The notes beneath the pieces were generated by a model. It saw nothing but the letters and a program-made list of their open reading frames with translations, did no database searches and was not told where the DNA came from. Positions 26,975 through 40,200 of a stretch of 64,000 nucleotides of DNA are shown in pieces. Each line of letters opens with the position of its first letter. Position 1 is the stretch's first letter. Origin of the DNA: Eimeria praecox (lineage: Eukaryota); the NCBI GenBank assembly GCA_963920595.1, contig OY986948.1, positions 2,294,001 through 2,358,000 of the forward strand, in the 5' to 3' direction. The position numbers and the translations under genes were made by a program.

Positions 26975-27187
26975 TTGCTGTTGCTGCGTTCGGATGTACG
27001 TGGGAGTGCCAACGACGTCTGATGTTTGTGCTGCTGCTGCTGTAGCTGCTGCTGCTGCTGTTGCTGCTGTTGCTGCTGTTGCTGAAGCTGCTGATGCTAC
27101 GGGAGCGGTGTGTAGGGGTGAGCCAGGTGAGAAGGAGTGTTGGTTGGGGAAATGACTGGGGCTGCTGTAGCTGCAGCTTGGAAACAT
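22422..27187 (-). CDS. ApiAP2 transcription factor with one clear and one degenerate AP2 domain, poly-Q rich, about 1,450 aa
   Basis: In-phase GT-AG exons 27187-26844, 26646-26588 and 26392-22422. AP2 domain LPAGVRYDEHKNAFRALVKTPDTKVNKSFSCKKYGPLKALQMA at about 24935-24808. Second AP2-like segment LAFSEQLGGWVAVP...LFACFPVGPGESPAAAREAALAWLK at about 23396-23225. Confidence 0.88.
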
Positions 27188-29903
27188 TATCCCCAAACCC
27201 TAAACCCTAAACCCTAAACCCTAAACCCCGAGCCCTAAACCCTAAACCCCAAGCCCTACACAGTGCAGACCCAAACAAACCCTCTTCGAGTAGCGTTGCA
27301 ATTTGAAAGATAAAGCCTGAAGCTGTACAACGCAGCAAAGTATTTTCTTTTATTTGGTTTAGAAGAAGCAGCCGGGGGGGCAGAGAGGAGCAGGAAGGGG
27401 CTAGGAATCGTCTGAGCGGCACTGGGTGTACATACACCTGGCGTATCATGAAGCACTGAAGAAGTAGCAAATGGAAAGGATAATGAGGGCGGTGTGTGTG
27501 ATTTTCTGCTGCGTTTCGAAGACAGAAGGACTAAAAAAGAAATTAAGACACGAGAGAATGCAGCGCCTTGCTGCAGAAGAGGCCAGAAGGCAGCACAAAG
27601 GGGGTGCAGCTGAGATAGGGTGTACGTACACCTCGTTGCAGCGCCTCCGTAGGAACATGTATAAACGAATGAACAAAAACAAACAAACTTCAACCCTCGG
27701 GCTGCAAAGGCCTCCAAAATTAGCTCACAGTATGCTCACAGCAGCAGCAGCAGCCCCATCGCTTCTCAGGTGTACATACAGCACAATAATGCTTTGTGCT
27801 GGAGCTCCCCCGCCGCTGCAGCAGCTTCCTCTCTTTTTTGTTTATTTTTTTAGTAAATCTTAGTTTAATAAATGTATTTTATTTTTATACTCTTCTCTTA
27901 ACTGCCTTTCACCATATTCCACTGAAAAAACCTCGCCCTTCCACACCCCCCGCTCGCCCCTGCGCCGCCGCCAGCAACCCGAGACGGCGGCAGCGTTTGC
28001 TGTATCTTGTGGCCTTTTCACTCTTTAATTTCCTCTTATTAAATTAAAATATCTCCTTATAATATTCATACACTTGAATTACATAATACTTCATTTCATA
28101 TCAGCCCCAACAAATGGGAGCTTGGGGCCCGAGAGGCTCACCCTAGCGAGCACCGCCGACACGGCGGCCGCCTGCTTGTCTGCCATGTTAGGTTGAATCA
28201 ATAAAATATATATATTCTTTCGATATTTGTTCTTTTCTTCTTTGAATACATATTCAAATCCAACCCTCTATTAGGCACTGCTGCAAACTACACATCAAAT
28301 CGTGCTGCTGCTGCTACTGCTGCGGGTGGTGCTGCTTCCGCTGCTGCTGCTGGTGCTGCTGCTTGTGCTGCTGGTGCGGCTGATTCTGCCCCCCCTATTA
28401 GTATTTGAGCTGCTGCTGCTGCACTTGCCGCTGCTGCGAGCACAACTGCTGCTGCGGTTGCTGCTGCTGAGGAGGGGCCCGGCGCATACGGGGCAGCAGC
28501 AGCTTTAGCGCTGCTGCGTGGAAGCCTCCGCCTGCTCGCACTTACCCGCAGCAGCTCCAAGTGCTCCAGCCTCTTTTGCTGCAGCAGCTGCAGCATCCCA
28601 GGTGTACATACACCTCACGAGGCTTGAAGCAGCTGTGGGGCCCGGAAGCACTTCATAGCTTACAAAAGGTGTTTGCCTATAAAGCGGTCTATACACCGCA
28701 AATTTTGATGCTGTGTGCAGCAGAAAATACATGAATGTAAATATATTCAATGCATGTTGCTGCTGCTGCTGCTGCTGCCGCTGCTGCTAGCTGATATTGC
28801 AGTTTGTTTGTATGTCTTCCTCTCTCTCTGTCAAATGCCTCTACAGCGTCTGCTATCCTTCTCTTCTGGCTGTGGGGCCAAATGCGACAAAGATGCAACA
28901 GCCAGCATAAGCCTTAACACCCAGCAACCCCATACACCGCAGGTACAGCAACTTGCTGCTGCTGCTTGCTGCTAGAGTTCGTTGCTGCTCGCTTCTGCTT
29001 GCTGCTGCAGCGGCAGGCTGCATCATTGCATACCTAACTTCCACCTTAAGGGCTTCGCTCTAGCTAGTTGTGGCTAGCTGTATCTGTTTGCTGCTAGCTG
29101 TCCGAGCTGTGAGTAGTTGTAGCTAGCTGTGGCTAGCTGTAGCGAGTAGTTGTAGCTAGCTATTGTCAGCTAAGGCTAGCAGTGGCTAGCTGTAGCTAGC
29201 TAAGGTCAGCTGTAGCTTTGATTAGAAGGCCCCAGCGAAGGGCTTTAACAGACGAAGTTATGAGCGCATCTGCTGCTGCTGCTGTGGTTGCTGCTGTTGC
29301 TGCTGCTGCTGCTGAGGGACTGAAGGAGGTGGTAGAGGCGATATAAGCCCGAGGTGTAGCCAATAAAATATATAAACATATAAACAAACAAATAAATACA
29401 AATAAATTAAATTAAATAATTCAAATAATTCAAATAATAAATAAACAGGGATAGATATTTCCGTATAAAAAAAAAGAAAGAGACAACAATCAAGCGACAA
29501 AGACAAAGCAGCAAGGGGCCCCCCCCACAATATTTCTCTAAACAGTTGCAGACAATATATAAATATATAAATAAAACCATTTCTAACAACAGAAATATCC
29601 AAAGGGGGGCCCCTGAGGTTTGCATGCAGAACCCCCTCAACGGACGGGGCCCCATCAGCCAAGGGGGCCCTCCCCCTCAATCGAGGGGGCCCCTCTTCAA
29701 CATAGAAGGACCCCCCCCCCCCCCAACTTATACGGGGGGCCCCTCAATCTCGAAGGGCCCCTCTAAGTTTACCTGGGGCCCCCTACAACCTCTGGGGGGC
29801 CCCTACAACCTCCGGGGGCCCCCTTGAAATTGAGGGGCCCCCAAGACGTCAAGGGTAATAAGCGAAGCCTGCAGGAGTCTGAAGAAGCTTAACTAACACG
29901 TAC

Positions 29904-30692
29904 AGATGTATCTGCTGCTGCAGGCTTTGCTTTCGATTCTGCTTGTCTTGCTGCTTCTGCTTCTGCTGCTGCTGCTGCGGTTGCTGCGCCTTTAAGATCA
30001 ACTGCACGGGAGCGTTTTGCTGCTGCAGCTTCCAGTGCTGCAATTGCGTGTGTCCTTCTCATTAGTGCTGCTTCTCTTGCTGCTGCTGCTGCTTCTGCTG
30101 CTGCTGCCGCCTCTTTCTTCCTTTCCACAGCAGCGGCAGCAGCTTCTGCTGCTGCAGCTGCCGCCTCCTCACGGCGCCTCTGCAGCTGCTGCAATTCCCT
30201 GCGGGCCTCACTAGCAGCTGCAGCTGCAGCAGTTGCTGCTGCCCTGCGTTCACTTGCCTCTTTCTTCGCTGCTGCTTCCGCTTCTTCTGCTGCTGCTGCT
30301 GTTTCTGCTGCTGCAGCTTTTGCGGCTTCGGCTTCCTGGGCTTTCTGTGCTGCAGCAGCTGCTGCTGCTCTCGTCTTCTTCGCCTTCGCGGCAGCAGCTA
30401 TTCTTTTTTCCTCTGCATCTGCTGCAACAGCTGCAGCAGTTGCTGCTGCTTCTTTTGCTTGCTGCAGCTGCTGCTGCCGTTCCTCTGCCTTGGCCCGTGC
30501 AGATGCTGCTGCTGCTGCTGCTGCTTCCTTGCTGTTGCGTAGCTCTTCAGCTACAGCAGCAGCAGTAGCAGCAGCAGCCTTGAGTTGTTCAGCTTTTTCT
30601 TTCGCTGCTGCAGCGCGTTCTTTCGCTGCAGCGGCTGCCGCAGCAGTTGCTGCAGCAGCAGCTGCAGCATCTGCTGCGCGTTGCTGTGCCAT
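29904..30692 (-). CDS. Exon of an Ala/Glu/Lys/Arg-rich helical (coiled-coil-like) protein
   Basis: ATG at 30692 (TTTCAAATGG), 263 open codons with AAAAKEKAEQLK/EERQQQLQQAKE patterns, GT donor at 29903. Downstream exons are unclear, possibly about 28290-28600. Confidence 0.6.
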
Positions 30693-31949
30693 TTGAAAGG
30701 GGGAAATAGAATTAAAATTAAAATTAAAAAGACAAATATCTGTTTTTGTTATTCCAAAGACAGCCAAACGATTTCTGAGAGGGCCCTTATGACTCTGGGG
30801 GGGCCCCGGGGGCCCCCCCTCTTCAGCTTACTGCAGCGGCTGCAGCGGCTGCATGTCTGGTGACAAGGGCTCAGGTGTCTATACACCTGAATGTGTGGGA
30901 CAGAAAGAATTAGTAGAATCGAGTTAGTGGTATTGGAGTTGTAAGAGGAGAGTAGAAACGTAGGTGAAGAGGGGAAGGCAGACAGTAGAAGAAGGGAGGG
31001 AGACGAGCGATTATAGACACACAAGAAGAGATAGACAGAGAAAACAGGAAAAGGAGATAAACAAAAAGAGAGAAAGAGAGAAGGAAGAACGATAATGTAG
31101 CGGGTAAGGCAGGTTTGTATTATGTTGCTATTTATAATAGCTGAGGACTGCCGCAAACAGAATCCCACGGTTGAAGGACGATCTGTAGGATTTAGCGGAA
31201 AATAATTAATAATAAAGTTCTTACGTTCATGATATTACAAGAAAAATAAATGAATGAATCTCTCATGTATCTTAGATATATATGATTTTCCTCTTAGCTT
31301 CAATGTAAGCTCACTAACATCAGATTCGATTCGTTAAGCCTTGAAGCTGAGGTAGACAACATGGGCTAATGGACTATGGGCTGCTGTGAGTGCATGCAAG
31401 GAATCGAGCCCCTCATGTACGTATTGCTGCATGCGGTAGCCTTGTAGATTGTAGTGTAGGCTGGCTGTCCTTAGCACACGTATTGGGCCCTCTCAAGTAT
31501 GCTAAGAAGTACTTAGAGAGGGATACAAACACCTACATCACACAAACCAGGCTGTAGCGCGGGTTCGATTCCACCTACAAGAACGAAACGAAAGAAAGTC
31601 CTGCAGACGTACAGGTAGAAAGCCCACTGTTAGAAGGCCATAGTTTTGCTGAAGAGGAGATGCAGATGAAATAAAAGCAGATGCTCTTATTTCATTATTA
31701 AGTACAAAACTCCCCTCCATTGTTACTGAATTTGATGCTGCTGCAGCTGAGCATTAGGCGCAACACGATATAGATGTTAGCGAGGGTAAATTGAGAAATT
31801 TAGATGCAGAAGCCAGATTATATATAATATATTATAAAGAATAATAATTCTTCTGTCATACTCCCGCATGCGCATTTCACAAGGGAACATGCTGCACGTT
31901 CTTTTGGTATTTGAAAAAAGGAAAGCCCAACTAATATCAAAGAGGCGAA

Positions 31950-34900
31950 TATCTGTTTTTGTTATATCAGAGCCAGCCAAACAATTTCTTTGAGGGCGCC
32001 TCTGACTCAGATGAGTGAAATATAACAAATGAATGGCCTTATTTTGCCTAAGATTCAACTCAAAAGAGGGATATCCTACACTGAAGGGCGACTCTGCATG
32101 CATTCACATTCAAAACAAATGCTAGAGGAGACTTTGGGGGGCACACAATATCGAAGGGAAGTTTCACTATAATGGCAGGCAGAAATTACAGAGCTAAGAT
32201 GAGGTTGCAAGATAAAGTGGTAACGGGTTGAACACCCCTAAATGCCGCCGCCTCCAACATCCAACCATGCGCTCCTCGCACTCGCAAAGGCTTTTTCCCT
32301 GTACATAGCCTCTATTTGATTGTCTTTGTTTCACCTCTGTACACCGATGGAAATGCAGGCCAACTGGAGTTCTGCTCTCTTTAGAATCCCGATGAAGGGG
32401 GGGAACGTCTACGGCGAGTGAACAGGAAAATCAATGATTAGGCATTTCGTGGATTGCATCCCGAGATGCATGGAGTGTCTCCTTTTAAAATGAGAACAGC
32501 GGCCAAGAGACTAGAATATTGAATGGATAATCGCAGAACATGATTTCTTATGACCTGATCAAGACGAGTAAGCTGGCCCACTAGCGAAGTCGAGGCTCCC
32601 CTGAATCAGACGAAGAAGACAGCGATCGGAACTGTGTTCGCATCGTCCTACGTTGCAGAGCCACTGCATTCCACATTGCACTAAGCCTGAGCTTAATCCT
32701 GCCCGCGTAGCCGCTCCTGCATGATGCTGTGTGATGCTATGTTTCTTCTACTGCTCTAAAGCTAGATGCATTTGCATGTGCAGCTGTCAGTGGACGGTGT
32801 CGTATCGAGCGCTGTTATGGCTGCAATATATCGCATAGCGAGTTTTCCTTTATTCAAATTAGACATATAGAGAAAAAATACACGATGCGTTGTTTGTTAG
32901 AACAACGCATCTGTATGGGGCCCCATCCATGATACACGCTGGTGGTCAATAAGATTCCAGTGAGCAGGAGCCTGCTTACCAGCAGGCGTTGTTAAAGCTT
33001 TGACTCGCCTGGAGCTAGATTTCGCAGGAAGAAGCCTGCGATTGGCGTGTTAACATGGGGCTGATCATATTGCCTTTGTGAGGCATCGAAACGTTTGAAA
33101 TACAGAAGAAGGACGCTGCGTTTTGGGGGCACAGTCCCACCCTGCCGAAGCCCAGCAATGCGAAAGTAAGGCTTTTAGCAGCAGGTCAGGTGAATTTCAG
33201 AATCCCTTGAAGAACAAGAGACGCTTCTCGGGCAATATGACGAGCCCGTCTCACTCTGTGCAGTAGGCAACACAGCCCCCCATTTGTCAGAATTGGCTCC
33301 TACGACACTGACAGCGGATCTAAACAGGCAAAGACAACGCACTTACTGTGGACCCATTCCAACGAAAGCTGGAGCACAGCTTGTTTCAAGGGAATGCACA
33401 CAAGTTAGCATTCCACGGAAATTGCCTTCTCGTTTAGCATGGCACCTAGTTTTACCTGCACACCAGGCACCAGGCCGGCCACCTTCATTTAGTTGCGGGC
33501 CTTCCTTCCTGTTCTTTAGAGGCAGGATAGATGTCTCGCTGTAATTTCATGTGCACTGAGCTTCCTGCCTGAATAATTCCACTGCTGCCGACCATCTGAC
33601 AGCCTGCGCACCCGCATCTCAGCGGCTTGAATCCACAGAGCAAATGTCCTTAGAATTCATCGCTTCTCAGCGCGTTATAAAAAGGCGAACAGGTTCTACG
33701 AGTGATAATTCACCTGGCAAGAAAAAACGAAGCAACTTCAGTGCGTGCCTGACGCGAAGCTGACTGTACAATATAAAAAAGCAGCATTCCCGTCTACTTA
33801 ATGAAAGGCAATTGAAATTTGACTTCCCCCAGAAATTTAGTGCGTCCCCCACAACCAAAAACGTATCTCCAAATGCTGGGCCTTGAACGGTTCCCTCGCA
33901 GCCATCATAGTTCTTTCAGCCTCCTCACTCTTTCCACCCTAAAGGCAGGGATGCTAGATGATGCGTTATTCAGAGTAGCGAATTCAGGCCTGCCAGCTCC
34001 CCTACGAAGAAATATCCAGAACAAGCATAACGTAATATTATTCGAGTTCTAATCTGGTTAATACTAGGATAAAACCTTTGCTAAGGAGCTTTCTCCAATG
34101 TAAAAGAGCTTATGCACCAAATTATCCTCGGCCCCTTTACAATCGGCCATGAATACTGAGATACTGAACCCAGAACCAGACGCACATGAAAGGCGGCACA
34201 ATAGATACTTCCTACACGTATGAACGAACGCCTTGCGCCGTTGCAAATTTAATCAACACCTCACTCTATTTGGGTCAGTGGATGGTGGTAATACTTGCGT
34301 TTCCATTGATTGCTCCGCCTTAACTTTTAGCAGATGAATTGTCGAAAACCATGGTCTGCACCACTTCATCGAAAACGCCAGTCCAACAGCAACCACAAAA
34401 CCGATGGTGAGCAGCTAGCAAAGGTGGAGCTACGGCCAAGGCAGTCTAAATGCGCTCTTTGTTCCAGCAAAATCCTCCGAATAAAGTTCAGCATGCTAAA
34501 GTGCAGTCGCGTCTCACTTCAAAGCTGAGGGAAAGCCTATCAACGTGACCTGCACAAGGTGAAGTTCAAGCGCTCAGACGGCCGATGGAATGTGGAGCTG
34601 AGTACCCAACCCAGCCAAGAGGCGAGCCACTGCATGAATATTTAGGCGACGTGAAGCATAGCGCTCTGGGTAGCAGCTAAACCCCCCTAAGCAGCTTTTT
34701 GCCGAAGAAAAGTGGATGCTTCTATTCAAGTAGACGAGCACGTCTATGGCCTACCTATACTATGCTCTTGCACATACCTGCCCAACAGCATCGTGTTTGC
34801 GAAGCCACAGAAGCAACACGCACTCGCAAAATCGGCCGTCTGCTTCTACTAAAACGCCTTTCATATTGCAGGTGGGCGTTTCAGTGCCACCGCAGCGCCT

Positions 34901-35300
34901 CGCTCCTGAAAATTGCAGGCTGCACACCACCGTTGTACGGAGAGCATGCAGTCCTGCGCCAACCTGGCATTCTGCCCAGGCACCGCCAGCAAGCAGTATC
35001 CCGTGAGCAGTGCAAACTCGGATATACTCAAACTTGGAAATCAATTTAACGCAATATGCTGTGCTCTACTAAAATTTCCCCCGGCAGACGATGCGAGCTA
35101 GCACATGCCAAATGACAAATTAGCCGGCAGGTAACGTTTGGGCATTGGCCCATGGCGGGCATTTCATCTTCTGATAGGACCGTTGATGCGCACACTGCAG
35201 AACACAAATGCAGCCAGACACCTTACAAACGCATACTGCTCTTCAGCGTTCGCTACTGAGAATGTAAAAAGCAGGTTTAGGATCCTAAGAATGTGAACAG
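31950..35300 (+). mobile_element. Ancient chromovirus-like retrotransposon fossil: RT to integrase C-terminus
   Basis: Frameshifted motifs in order: QMLEETLGGTQY..AG..KMRLQD (about 32115-32220, RT); LSEL..GKDN (about 33285-33340, RNase H end); CVSIDCSALT..LADELSKTM (34295-34355; cf. VSxDFI..VDxLSKM); SHFKAEGK (about 34512; cf. HPQxDGQ); YCRWAF..PPLYGEHAVL (34864-34956; cf. GPF..LPPxxxxHxVF). Confidence 0.7.
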
Positions 35301-35399
35301 AGATCATGCAGGCTTGTATTCACTCTATGCTCGCAAGTAAGTGGCTTTAGGCCATCTGCAAATAGCCAAGGTCCATACAACGCAGAACGCAGAAACAGA

Positions 35400-37275
35400 A
35401 ACGCAGCAGGAGCCCGTGTATGTTTACTGGCTTCCCTTAAGCCAAGGCTGCCGAAGCATTGATGCTTTGAGAAACAAGGAATTTCTTCGTATAAAGTAAG
35501 CAGTGTGTGCGGAAATTTCCCCAATCAGCGCGTTCATAAACGCGGATGGACTCAATGGCGAGAGGCTCGCTACTGGCAAAACGACCATTTCATATACCAG
35601 CCTATTCTATACCGTTGAAGTGTGGAACAAGTGCAAACGCGCTCTTCCCTTGACAAAAGATTCATGGTCCTACGGGAAAAACCGTTCCTCAGTCGCGACA
35701 AAACGCCCGCGCAGAATGACGCAATACACACTTAACTGCAAACTCCGATCCAGTGATCGATGCAACATTGCTTTGCATTCAGAGGCACTCCACCTGTGAG
35801 CCGAAAATACCAAAAAGTGATAAAGGCATTGACCAGCAAGGTTACACATTGGGACATTCCATACGGCTTGTTGATGGCACATTTTGCACGTGCAGGACGC
35901 CCGTACAGAGTCAGTTGCTTTTGACTGGGCATAGCTAGAGACGACAGAGCAGCTACCATCTGACGAAAAGCATCTTTAATACGAGCAAAAAGATTATCCA
36001 AATGCTCGCCCTGGTATGTGCAGAATCAGCTTATCCGCTCAGAATCACCACACCTCACAAATGAGAGAATCATAGACAACAGGGAGTCTTGATACACCAA
36101 GCGGCGTCCGTCGTCGCCGTCACAGATTTTCTTATCTGTGTGGGAGCAGATCCACACTTGGTGTGCAGTCCTCTCTCTTCGCTTCTTCTGTCAGCTTCCT
36201 TATACTAACCGAGTTTAGCATTAGCCATTTGCTAGCACCCACCATCCGGGGCAATCATGGCAACTACCAAATTGTACACATTACACGTACGCTAGTTCTA
36301 AGCAGCCATTGACGCTCTAAGAAGCCCTTCACACGAATTATCCAACAGCCGTGGCAAGCCTAAGGGCTATCACGATCGCGCTGAAGGACAATCACTACGG
36401 TGCGTTGCATGGAAAAGCTCATGACCAACCGAAAATATGTTCGGCTTGCAGATAAGGCCTCCATACTAATCCACGCATCCCTAACACTTCTGAAATTTCC
36501 CCTAATGCAAAGCACATAGTAACTGAAACGCCAACCCGCTATGTACTTACGCAAGTTGGAGGGGTGACGACGCTATTTTTGGTTGGCCAGAGTGCATCGA
36601 TATGCTGCGACGAAGTTCTAATAACTGCTTGTGGACTAAGCTGCCGTAGGCATTAGCAGGAAAAAGCAGAACAGTCCCCCACGCAACCAACCACATGAAA
36701 GGCTTGTTACACACGGCATTAATATTCCCAGGCAGCCGATTGCCTCAGGCACCACCAACAATCCTCACCCTTCAAAGCAGTTCACACATAGGTTATCACA
36801 TTTCGCGCTCACATATGAAGCTTCTGCATCCAAATGCCAAATGTTCACTGACGCCGCTGCACCCAATAACCCGCATGCCCTGCATTCAAAAGCAAACATG
36901 GCAGGAGCATGCGCATTCCAGGAGCGTTGTGCAGGAAGCCCGATACAACCGTAAATACGGCAAGATTCCCCAACTTGCAGCATCTGCCCCCTCTGCGTAG
37001 CTGTTTTGCGCACTCATGTAAAAAGCACCAAATGCTCGCTAAGGAGAGTACACAATAAAGTGGGGCAGTTGCACGAAGCGCAACGTAAAACTGCAGCTGT
37101 GGGGAAGGCATTGCGCCTAGGAGGCAGCCATGTGTGTGCTTAGCGCATGCTCATTGTATCATATCCTCAACTGTTCGGGGTTGTCGCACTTGCTGGCACA
37201 GCGCATCCGCCTTAAAGCGGTCAGCGCGTCATAAGAACGTAATATAGCCAAGAGCAATGCAAATGCTTGCGGTAG
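35400..37275 (+). mobile_element. Diverged gag/protease half of a second fossil element, homologous to the 3' part of the array unit
   Basis: LLVD*AA...SP at about 36625-36680, at the protease position. Patchy nucleotide similarity to the unit, e.g. 37060 GTGGGGCAGTTGCACGAAGCGCAACG vs 42068 GTGAGCAGTTCGGCGCAGAGCAACG, and 36779 AGTTCACACATAGG vs 41797 AGTTTACACAATTGG. Confidence 0.55.
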
Positions 37276-40200
37276 CACCAACGCATTGAGGCGATACCAG
37301 CGTTACTTCGCGGCGCCACAAGCACCTTCAACTGCTTTCATATGATGTTGCAAAACAACATACCTTCAGAGGGGCCGAGCAGAATTACCGTGATGACGGT
37401 TGCACAAACGTTTCCAGATGAGGCGAACAGATCCCTCCTCACTCAGCCGCTCAGCATCACTGCAATATCACCGCACCTATCACAACTGAATCGTCACCTC
37501 AACGTCTGCAAGCAGAGCATCTGCACGAAAAGGACGCTGTTAGAACATCGCACTGCGACCCTTCACCGGCGGAGCAGCGTATCTTCAACAGAGTGGTGAG
37601 CGATCAACGGCATCGTCGATGGTTTGAAACCCCCCTCTCTGCTGCTGCCATATATGCGCAGGGGCGCTAGATCAACATTAGTGGCGCCGGCAGCCCAATT
37701 TATTATACCTTTCTACTCAACTGGCGCAGCTGAGGCGGCCATGCAGGCGCGCTACTAGGATTCCGCCCTTAGTGTTGTCAGTGCTGTCTTTTGTTCTAGT
37801 GATCCAACTTACTATCTGTTCTTCATCCCCTTACGCACGATAGCGAACGGTAGAGCGATCCTGCGGATCGTGGGACGTGTAGCAGCAACACTGAGGGAGG
37901 GGCGCTGTAAATATGTGTCGGGCCCGCAACACTGCTGCCTGCAGAAGGTCCAGCCCCCAAGAAAGCATCGCTAACACATGCCAGCGGCACGTCGGACATG
38001 CAGGACGGGCAAATACAAGCCCTCGTCGCCTTGCAGAGTTTCCAAAGGTCGCACAAATTCGCACATTACACACGGACGTGGCACCCAAGGACTAAAGGGC
38101 AGCCCACACGCTGCCCATTCCTGTCCGCTGGTTGCTTTGCAAGACGAAAGGCATGTCCTTGTACTGTGATGCGTCAACCAGAGAAGCTGAACGAGCATTT
38201 AGCAAAGACCGCACAAATCAAACAGATGCCCTACACCTCAGCTGAGACACACTGGAAACCGAGCTCTCAATTCCCAGGAATCCTTTGGCCAAATCGCTAA
38301 CGCGTACAAAGCCTAACAGCAGGGTCTGACTTCCCTTGGAATGCCTTTGACTTGTGCATTGTCCAAACGTGCCACGTAATCATCTTAGATCAATTACGCG
38401 GGAAACCTTGCATTGAGGCTTTTGACCGTCACCAGCAAATATGTGATGGGCAATGCCAAAAGGAGGAGCGCGCCTACTACCACAAAAACCTAAATGTCAG
38501 GCAAACAATCAAGGGAAATGAGCAGCTCGCAACCTCAAGAACAGTGTGTATCTTCCTCCTCTTGAGATCAACCGGCGTGCAAGTTGTATGTTGCCCCCTA
38601 CCAATCCTCTCAAAATAGTCCTACGGCAGCTGCTGTTGTTGTTTACCAAAACTCAGCATGGCGATGACGCACATTCTAAAACCTCATTGGACTAGGAAAG
38701 CCGCATTCAGTAGCTGACGCGTATTGAAAGCGAACGCGTGCGAAAAACGACACACCTCCTTGCGTCCAGCCGACTTCTGTCGCATGCCTCATCCCAAGCA
38801 CGAGGCCAACGTAAACCAACGGAAACAGCGGGGAGCATGCTATCGCTAGTCTACACCCAAATACGCTTTGTTCTGCTTCCCTACAAACTATTCCCTACAA
38901 ACTAGCACTGATTCGCTCAAATGGCTCACCAACCAATACGCTAGAAGCAAGCTAAATCGCAAAACGTACAACTGTTCCATAGCGCCTACAGTGGTCCCTC
39001 CCTAACCCTGGAAAATGCGGGGGCACTCGTCCCGCGCAAACAAGTAAATTAGCTTGCATGTAAGAAGCCTCAAATCGGGGGATTCCGCTTGCTCTCGACG
39101 CTGACGCTACAAGGAAAAGCACTTGTCCACTTCGATAACTGAACCGATGCTCTCGCACCAAACTAAGAGCTCATGAACTGTCTCACTGAACTAGCTGACA
39201 ACTAAGGACGGTGGGATCGAAAACATGGCCAGCAGCTTCCGATTTGCTGTTTCAAACGGTTTCCGCCCTGCAACTAACAGTCAACCAAAGACGGCGGAGG
39301 GCAGCAAAGTGCAGGAGCTATTCAGCGCCTACTAATCAGTTGGTGCTGGTTGCAACTTGTGCATAGCGGCACCTAAACAAGTCCTCAAGCGAAATGGTAC
39401 AAAATCACCGCTTGTTGAAGTTACGGCTTGATCTAAGTGCTTGCTTGCCGCATACGTATGTGCAACCTGCCTTCAACCTACACAATTCCATTAAACAACC
39501 ACACGTTCCCGCACCTCCTGCATCAGAGTATAGTTCCTACGATAATGACCGTGCTTCACAAGCGCTTGCTTGTTCGTCTGATGCCCTTCGGTGCTTCTCC
39601 CGGTCATCATCACCTCTCACACAAACGTAAAATAAGCAACTTGGCATACTAGCCTGCGTCTGCTCGCTTTACGGCCACACACATGTATCGGAACGGCTTC
39701 ATGGCATCGCACCGCCAACACACCAAGGTAAACAAACTGAATCACGCAGTTCGGTGTCACTTTCTGAGCACCTCAGCTCCACAACACCACGCCCGACAAA
39801 GCCTTAGCACTAGCTGTGAACAGGCAGGTATTAGCGGTAAGGGTGTTGCACAGACAAACTCTACAAAATGAGGCACGCCCAGATTCTGCCTCCCATTCTG
39901 CCCTGCGGCACTACACAGGTGACAAACTGCAAGGCCATCAACCAACAACGCTAAAGCCACCCTGAGCTCCGACTCTGAAAATATCTGCTGCCAAAGTTGG
40001 ACAAGCCACACCCTTGCTGCGGCCCCCGAGCGAGATCACAATGCGCCGGCTCTGCAATGCATCTCGCTCTTGGAAAATCGCAACTGACCTCTTTGTCAAC
40101 AGCTGAGGGAACAACCGGCCTTTACACTCAACAAGTCCGCAAGTGCCCGACTGAGAAATTCTGTATGCGTAACAAGCATGCGATCCTTTGAAATTTGACC

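Larger units (their letters stand above)
19300..30700. repeat. (CAG/CTG)n trinucleotide-rich region encoding poly-Q/poly-A/poly-S tracts
   Basis: Very many CAG-type triplet runs in coding and non-coding DNA. They explain most overlapping low-complexity ORFs in the track. Confidence 0.95.

Noticed and set aside
31540..31580. tRNA-like GGGTTCGATTCC (T-loop/B-box)
   Set aside because: The T-stem pairs poorly (GCGGG vs CCACC), and no D-arm, anticodon arm or acceptor stem can be built.
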